A program made the translations under genes and the position numbers. From the NCBI RefSeq assembly GCF_006345805.1, contig NC_042999.1, forward strand, positions 6,138,001 through 6,202,000: a stretch of 64,000 bases of DNA, written 5' to 3'. This document shows positions 62,801 to 64,000 of this stretch, piece by piece (position 1 is the first letter of the stretch; each line of letters begins with the position of its first letter). This DNA is from Octopus sinensis (taxonomy: Eukaryota). Under the pieces are notes generated by a model that was not told the DNA's origin, ran no database searches, and was given only the letters and a program-made list of their open reading frames with translations.

Positions 62801-62986
62801 ACAAACTAAAGGATTCGTTGGTCCAGGATCCATTCCAGTGTTGCTGATGCAGTCATCTCTATAAAAATGTTGTTGGTAGCAATAATTAAATATTGTTTTT
62901 ATTATTTCTAATTTTCTTTGTAAGAGCTAGAAGGGGACAATCTGAAGCTATTTTTTGGCTCTAAACTCAGTGGTTTGTTTTTGTAG

Positions 62987-63064
62987 GACAACACAAGTTG
63001 CAGTGCTTTAGTTACCGACATACAACAGATACGGCAGCAAATCCAAACTGCTATGAACAACACA
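62987..63064 (+). CDS. EEF1D: EF-1-delta-like second coding exon (DNTSCSALVTDIQQIRQQIQTAMNNT)
   Basis: Acceptor tttgtttttgtag|, donor ACA|gtgagt; 78 nt, phase 0-0; resembles human [24 protein letters not shown]. The gene must continue beyond the window. Confidence 0.75.
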
Positions 63065-64000
63065 GTGAGTGTGACAACTTCTTCTTTAGTTGGTCTTCGT
63101 TGTAGTCCGTAAAATATATCACTGTGCCTTGCAGTAAATTTCACTTGAGTCTCTATGTTTTGTCTTCCCCTTTTGTTCCTTGCTATTCATCCAATTTCTC
63201 TGCTACCGTAAAGAGATAAAAATATACATGACCGTCTCCAGAGACAATTAATCCTCCCTCCCTCCCTCCCTCCTTGTCGATTTTGGGACTAAAATTGAAC
63301 CCTTAATACAAAGAATTTCAGAAATTTACCTCTTTTTTTTCACCAAATTCCTTAAACCATTGTAAGAATTCTTCTGATTTTTCAATGTCCTTACTGTAGA
63401 GAATTGCTAAACTCTCAGCAAGATGAATTTGTGGATACAGGTTCAAGTTCCGATGTGGTGCAGTGGTTCTAATGCTATAATATTCTACAGAACAGATATG
63501 TGCGGAACCATACGTCACTTTAGGATAGAATTTCTATTAAAGGCAAAAGAACTGGTCAGAGCTGATATATAACATTACAAACCCAATCAGTGATTGGCAT
63601 TTATTGGTAGATTATCCAGTGATCAATTATTTATGTTATAGGAAAGATAGACAGTTAATTAGTGAAAGTTAACGATCAATGGATGCTTGTCATTAATTCA
63701 GCAAAAGTCTTTTGCAACGTAAGTGATAAGAAATGGTTCTAATTAAGGCAGAGATGGTGACCACCTTGCTGAGAGTTATTCCATAGAGTTTAGCCTAAAA
63801 CCATCTTTATTGAAGACACCTCTGAAAGGTGTGGGGTACCTCAAAACGGTAGAGGAGTAGGAGCCAAAACCGGACGTGGTTCCTCCTGATGTCTTGAGCT
63901 AACTGGATCCTATAAAGGAGCTGTTGTGGTAGCAGACCACGAAACATGGTTGAAATTCCATTAAATATATGAAATGGAAATTTTCCCTCGCTTCAAGAAA

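Overview
AT-rich, repeat-dense animal genomic DNA. The SINE families look like octopus (inferred from recall, not a database search). Two divergently oriented spliced genes are recognisable. CHRAC1 (histone-fold CHRAC-15/16 subunit) is complete on the minus strand: 3 coding exons (30984-31103, 26705-26825, 21008-21087), 106 aa, with a CpG-rich CCAAT/E-box/E2F-type promoter. The 5' part of an EEF1D-like gene (EF-1-delta) lies on the plus strand (exons 50837-50944 and 62987-63064). The rest is mostly mobile DNA: a nearly intact CR1-clade LINE, several RTE fragments, a deleted mariner, piggyBac/hAT/Helentron-type non-autonomous elements, and dozens of copies of short repeat families labelled here A, B, C, D, G and H. 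Most notable: (1) minimal type-I hammerhead ribozyme motifs in several families, including two tRNA-headed SINE families and Penelope-like repeats, one lying sense inside CHRAC1 intron 1; (2) a G_GGA_AAC -1 frameshift heptamer at the ORF1/ORF2 junction of the CR1 LINE, whose ORF2 has no usable AUG; (3) a PHD-type zinc finger embedded in an RTE ORF; (4) a ~530-bp near-perfect palindrome; (5) target-site-duplication evidence that family C is the 3' UTR of an RTE LINE. All calls are from manual reading and repeat boundaries are approximate.
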